Assembly (NCBI GenBank): GCA_900320615.1
Contig: ONSX01000013.1
Location: 6,042 to 70,041, forward strand
Reading direction: 5' to 3'
DNA length: 64,000 nucleotides
Origin: an uncultured Eubacteriales bacterium
GTDB taxonomy: Bacteria > Bacillota > Clostridia > Lachnospirales > Lachnospiraceae
In this document: in pieces, positions 60,967 to 64,000 of the stretch
Layout: each line of letters starts with the position of its first letter
Numbering within the stretch: position 1 is the stretch's first letter
The notes under the pieces: model-generated
Databases searched by the model: none
The model's input: the letters and a program-made list of their open reading frames with translations, nothing else
Told to the model about the DNA's origin: nothing
Position numbers and translations under genes: made by a program

Positions 60967-61840
60967 GTGAATACAGACAGGACATGCCTCATTGATGTCG
61001 GAGGCGGCATGCGCGATGTCTATGGAGCCGGTGTGCTTGACTGCTTTCTGGATGAAGGAATTTCATTTCCGAGAGCAATCGGCGTCTCGGCAGGCAGCGG
61101 CAACCTTGTTTCCTTCCTTGCGGGGCAGAGAGGAAGAAATCTCCGGTACTACGAGCAGTACGCGCCGCGTCCGGAGTACATGGGCATGAAGTGCCTCCTG
61201 AAGGACGGGAACTACTTTAATCTTGAGTATATCTATGGGACGATGAGTCGTGAGGGCGGAGAGGATCCCGTGGACTATGACGCGCTCGCGGCAAGTCCTG
61301 TCGATTTTCGGGTCGCTGCCTGCGATGCGAGAAGTGGAAAGACGGTATTCTTCAAGAAATCCATGATTCCGCGGAATGATTACCGGATTATCATGGCTTC
61401 CTGCTGTGTCCCTGCCGTTTGCCGCCCGGTTGAGATCGGCGGCAGGCGGTTTATAGACGGCGGGACGGCGATTCCAATTCCGTGGAAGAAGGCCTTTCAT
61501 GACGGGGCGGACAGAATAGTCGTCATTCTGACTCTGCGCGACGACGATATTCTCGAGCCGGTTGGACACGGCCTGCTCTATGCGACGCTGCTCGCGAAGT
61601 ATCCGAAGGCGCTTCGGATTCTCATGAACCGCCACAAGACATATAACCGCCAGGTCGAGGAGATTCTCCGCCTTGAGGCGGAGGGGAAGGCCGTCGTCAT
61701 TGCGCCGAGGGATCTCTACGGCGTCACGAAATACGACACGGGATCCAGAGCTTCTCCGCAGGCTTTACGACGAAGGATATCGCGACGCGCACGCAAAGAT
61801 CCTTTCCGGCGCGTTCGGAAACCCGCACGCGGCGAAATAA
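60967..61840 (+). CDS. Patatin-like phospholipase with a frameshift near the C-terminus
   Basis: GGGMRD, GVSAG, DGG; the family-like ending TRDPELLRRLYDEGYRDA..* (TAA 61838-61840) lies in a different frame from about 61735. Confidence 0.8.
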
Positions 61841-61868
61841 CGCACCCCAGCATTTCCGGGAGGTATAT

Positions 61869-62660
61869 GTGGACTTCACGACAACGAGATATACGCTCAC
61901 GTCAGCAAAAATCAGCAAAGCGATGACCATTCTTGTGCTCGGGGATCTTCACAATGCACAGCACGGGAGGGACAACTGCGACCTTCTTGCGGCGTGCCGC
62001 AGGGAGAAACCCGACCTCGTTCTGTGTGTCGGCGACATGTCCGTCGGTGTCCCGGACGCCCCGTTTGACGGGGCGGTCCATGTCCTGGGCAGTCTTGCGG
62101 AGCTCGCTCCGTGCCTTGGCGTGGACGGAAATCATGCGACGAAGCTGAAAACTTTCGGAGACGGATCCTACGAGCGGTACGAGAGTGCGGTCGCATCAGC
62201 TGGCGTTCGTGTCTTGCACAACCGGTCGTGCAGCCTTTCGGTGTGCGGCAACCCGCTCTTGGTCACCGGTCTGGAGCTTCCGGCTGACAAGTACAGAAAA
62301 ATGAGGATCCCGCACATGTCGCAGCAGGAGGTTCTGTCCCTGATCGGCGGGATACAGGACAATGACCGCTACCACATTCTTCTTGCACACAACCCGCAGT
62401 TCATGGATCGGTACTTTGCGTGGGGCGCCGACCTTGTGCTCTGCGGCCATTTTCACGGCGGGATTCTGCATTTCGGAAACGGCCGAAGCCTCGTCAGCCC
62501 CTACGGCCTGCCTTTTCCGAAGTACGGCTACGGCCTGTTTACAAGAAACGGACAGAACGGAATTGTGACATCGGGACTCGGTGAGCACACACTCCCGTTC
62601 CGTTTTACAAAGAATAACCCGATGGAAATTGTTGTCATTTCCGTACAGAAAGCTGCGTGA
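61869..62660 (+). CDS. Calcineurin-like metallophosphoesterase (YkuE/YaeI-like)
   Basis: GDLH, VGD, GNH, LAHNP, GHFHGG, TSGLG. Confidence 0.9.
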   Translation: MDFTTTRYTLTSAKISKAMTILVLGDLHNAQHGRDNCDLLAACRREKPDLVLCVGDMSVGVPDAPFDGAVHVLGSLAELAPCLGVDGNHATKLKTFGDGSYERYESAVASAGVRVLHNRSCSLSVCGNPLLVTGLELPADKYRKMRIPHMSQQEVLSLIGGIQDNDRYHILLAHNPQFMDRYFAWGADLVLCGHFHGGILHFGNGRSLVSPYGLPFPKYGYGLFTRNGQNGIVTSGLGEHTLPFRFTKNNPMEIVVISVQKAA

Positions 62661-62680
62661 CAACGACAGAAGGAAAATGT

Positions 62681-63499
62681 ATGGCACTCGAAGTGGAACT
62701 CAGGGTCTTTGACGGCCCTCTCGATCTTTTACTCACCCTGATCGAAAAAAACAAGATCAACATATTCGACATCCCGATTGTTGAGATCACGGATCAGTAC
62801 CTCGCCTACGTGCAGAAAATGAGGGAAGAGGACCTCGGACTCATGAGCGAGTTCATGGTCATGGCCTCGGAGCTCATTTCTATTAAGTGCCGCATGCTTC
62901 TCCCGAAGAAGGAGGAGATGGAAGAGGAAGAAGAGGATCCGAGAGATGAGCTTGTCCGGCGCCTTCTTGAGTACAAGACATATAAGTATATGTCTTACGA
63001 GCTGAGGGATCGCATGGACGAGGCGGAAGAGCATCTCTACAAGGGGGAGACAATCCCCGGGGAGGTGCGGAAATACCGTCCGGATGTGGACCCGGAGGAA
63101 GTTGTCGGTTCGCTGACGCTCGGAAAACTCCACGAGATCTTCGACATGGTGCTGAAGCGGCAGGAAGACAAGCTGGATCCTGTAAGGAGCCGGTTCGGGA
63201 CGATTGAGCGGGAGGAGGTATCGCTCCCCGAAAAGCTCGAGACGGTCGCGAAGTACGCAAAGAAGCACGCGAAGTTTTCATTTCGCGATCTGCTGGAGAA
63301 ACAGAGCTCGAAAATGCAGACTATCGTCACTTTCCTTGCGATCCTTGAGCTCATGAAGTACGGTGTGCTGAGGGCTGCGCAGAAGGACATTGACGACGAT
63401 ATTGAGATAGAGACGGCGGAAGACGCGGACATCGACAGGCTCCGCGAGCGCTATCAGGAAGAGGCGGATACAGATGGAGAAGAAACTACGGAAGCTTGA
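62681..63499 (+). CDS. scpA: Segregation and condensation protein A
   Basis: FDGPLDLLL.LI, EFMVMA..L..IK.RMLLP, TFLAILELMK. Confidence 0.96.
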   Translation: MALEVELRVFDGPLDLLLTLIEKNKINIFDIPIVEITDQYLAYVQKMREEDLGLMSEFMVMASELISIKCRMLLPKKEEMEEEEEDPRDELVRRLLEYKTYKYMSYELRDRMDEAEEHLYKGETIPGEVRKYRPDVDPEEVVGSLTLGKLHEIFDMVLKRQEDKLDPVRSRFGTIEREEVSLPEKLETVAKYAKKHAKFSFRDLLEKQSSKMQTIVTFLAILELMKYGVLRAAQKDIDDDIEIETAEDADIDRLRERYQEEADTDGEETTEA

Positions 63500-64000
63500 G
63501 GCTGCGATCGAGGCTGTGCTTTTTGCGGAGGGTCATGCCGTGTCGGTGGGAGATATCGCCAAGGCCCTTGAGACAGACAAAGAGACGGTGCAGCATGCCA
63601 TTCAGGACATGCAGAAGCGATGGCTCGAGGAGGAACGCGGGGTGGAGATTGTGCAGCTCGAGGATTCCTATCAGATGCGCACACGGAGGGAATTTTATCC
63701 GCAGCTGATCCGGCTCGAGCTGAATCCGCAGAAGCCCCGCCTCACAGACGTGCTTCTCGAGACACTGTCTGTCATCGCGTACAGACAGCCGGTCACGAAG
63801 GCGGAAATTGAAAGAATCCGCGGCGTGAACAGCGACCACGCGGTAAATCGGCTGATTGAGTTTCATCTCGTGGAGGAGGTGGGCCGGGCGAAGCAGCCGG
63901 GAAGGCCGATCCTCTTCGGAACCTCGCGCGAGTTTCTTCGGTGCTTCGGCGTGAGCTCGAAGGAATCGCTCCCGGACATCAGCCCGGTGAAGCTTGCGGA
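63474..64000 (+). CDS. scpB: Segregation and condensation protein B (3'-truncated by the window edge)
   Basis: My translation: LEAAIEAVLF.., LETLSVIAYRQPVTKAEIERIRGVNS, GRPILFGT..FL..FG. Confidence 0.95.
   Translation, partial: MEKKLRKLEAAIEAVLFAEGHAVSVGDIAKALETDKETVQHAIQDMQKRWLEEERGVEIVQLEDSYQMRTRREFYPQLIRLELNPQKPRLTDVLLETLSVIAYRQPVTKAEIERIRGVNSDHAVNRLIEFHLVEEVGRAKQPGRPILFGTSREFLRCFGVSSKESLPDISPVKLA

Noticed and set aside
61861-61875. Possible lost N-terminal TM segment of the metallophosphoesterase (out-of-frame ATG TGG just upstream)
   Set aside because: GTG 61869 is acceptably spaced from GGAGGT and the ATG is too close to it, so the evidence for a lesion is insufficient.
1-64000. CRISPR array, tRNA/rRNA, IS element, integrase or prophage
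   Set aside because: By eye I found no regularly spaced repeats, cloverleaf or rRNA-like tracts, or mobile-element ORFs. Intergenic spaces are short and largely explained by promoters and terminators.

Overview
A core-genome (housekeeping) segment from a fairly GC-rich anaerobic Firmicute. The protein style and gene order look Lachnospiraceae-like, which is my inference. About 47 genes cover translation (rpsB-tsf, argS, pheST, alaS, an EF-G paralogue, rpsU, queA, der), amino-acid and nucleotide synthesis (metA, type III glnA, purC, leuA, thrC, aroA, tyrA, prs), one-carbon/folate metabolism (metF-fhs-fchA-folD), lipid synthesis (plsY-gpsA), DNA functions (ligA, rnhA, a MutS-like protein, scpAB) and envelope enzymes. 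I found no rRNA, tRNA, CRISPR array, transposase, integrase or prophage gene. Four things stand out. (1) An orphan, catalytically degenerate Card1/Can2 (DUF1887, CARF-nuclease)-like gene sits inside the ligA-metA-argS operon, which ends in a HAD-phosphatase/CPBP-protease fusion. (2) There is a series of sharp 'missing-sequence' junctions: an in-frame pheS-pheT fusion, two lesions in the EF-G paralogue, rpsU cut off and joined to half a terminator, and a patatin frameshift. These are most simply collapsed assembly gaps, but would be remarkable if real. (3) A candidate ANTAR twin hairpin lies in the glnA leader. (4) Der has an NKxD->NAxD change in its first GTPase domain. All family assignments come from recognising motifs by eye; no search was run.
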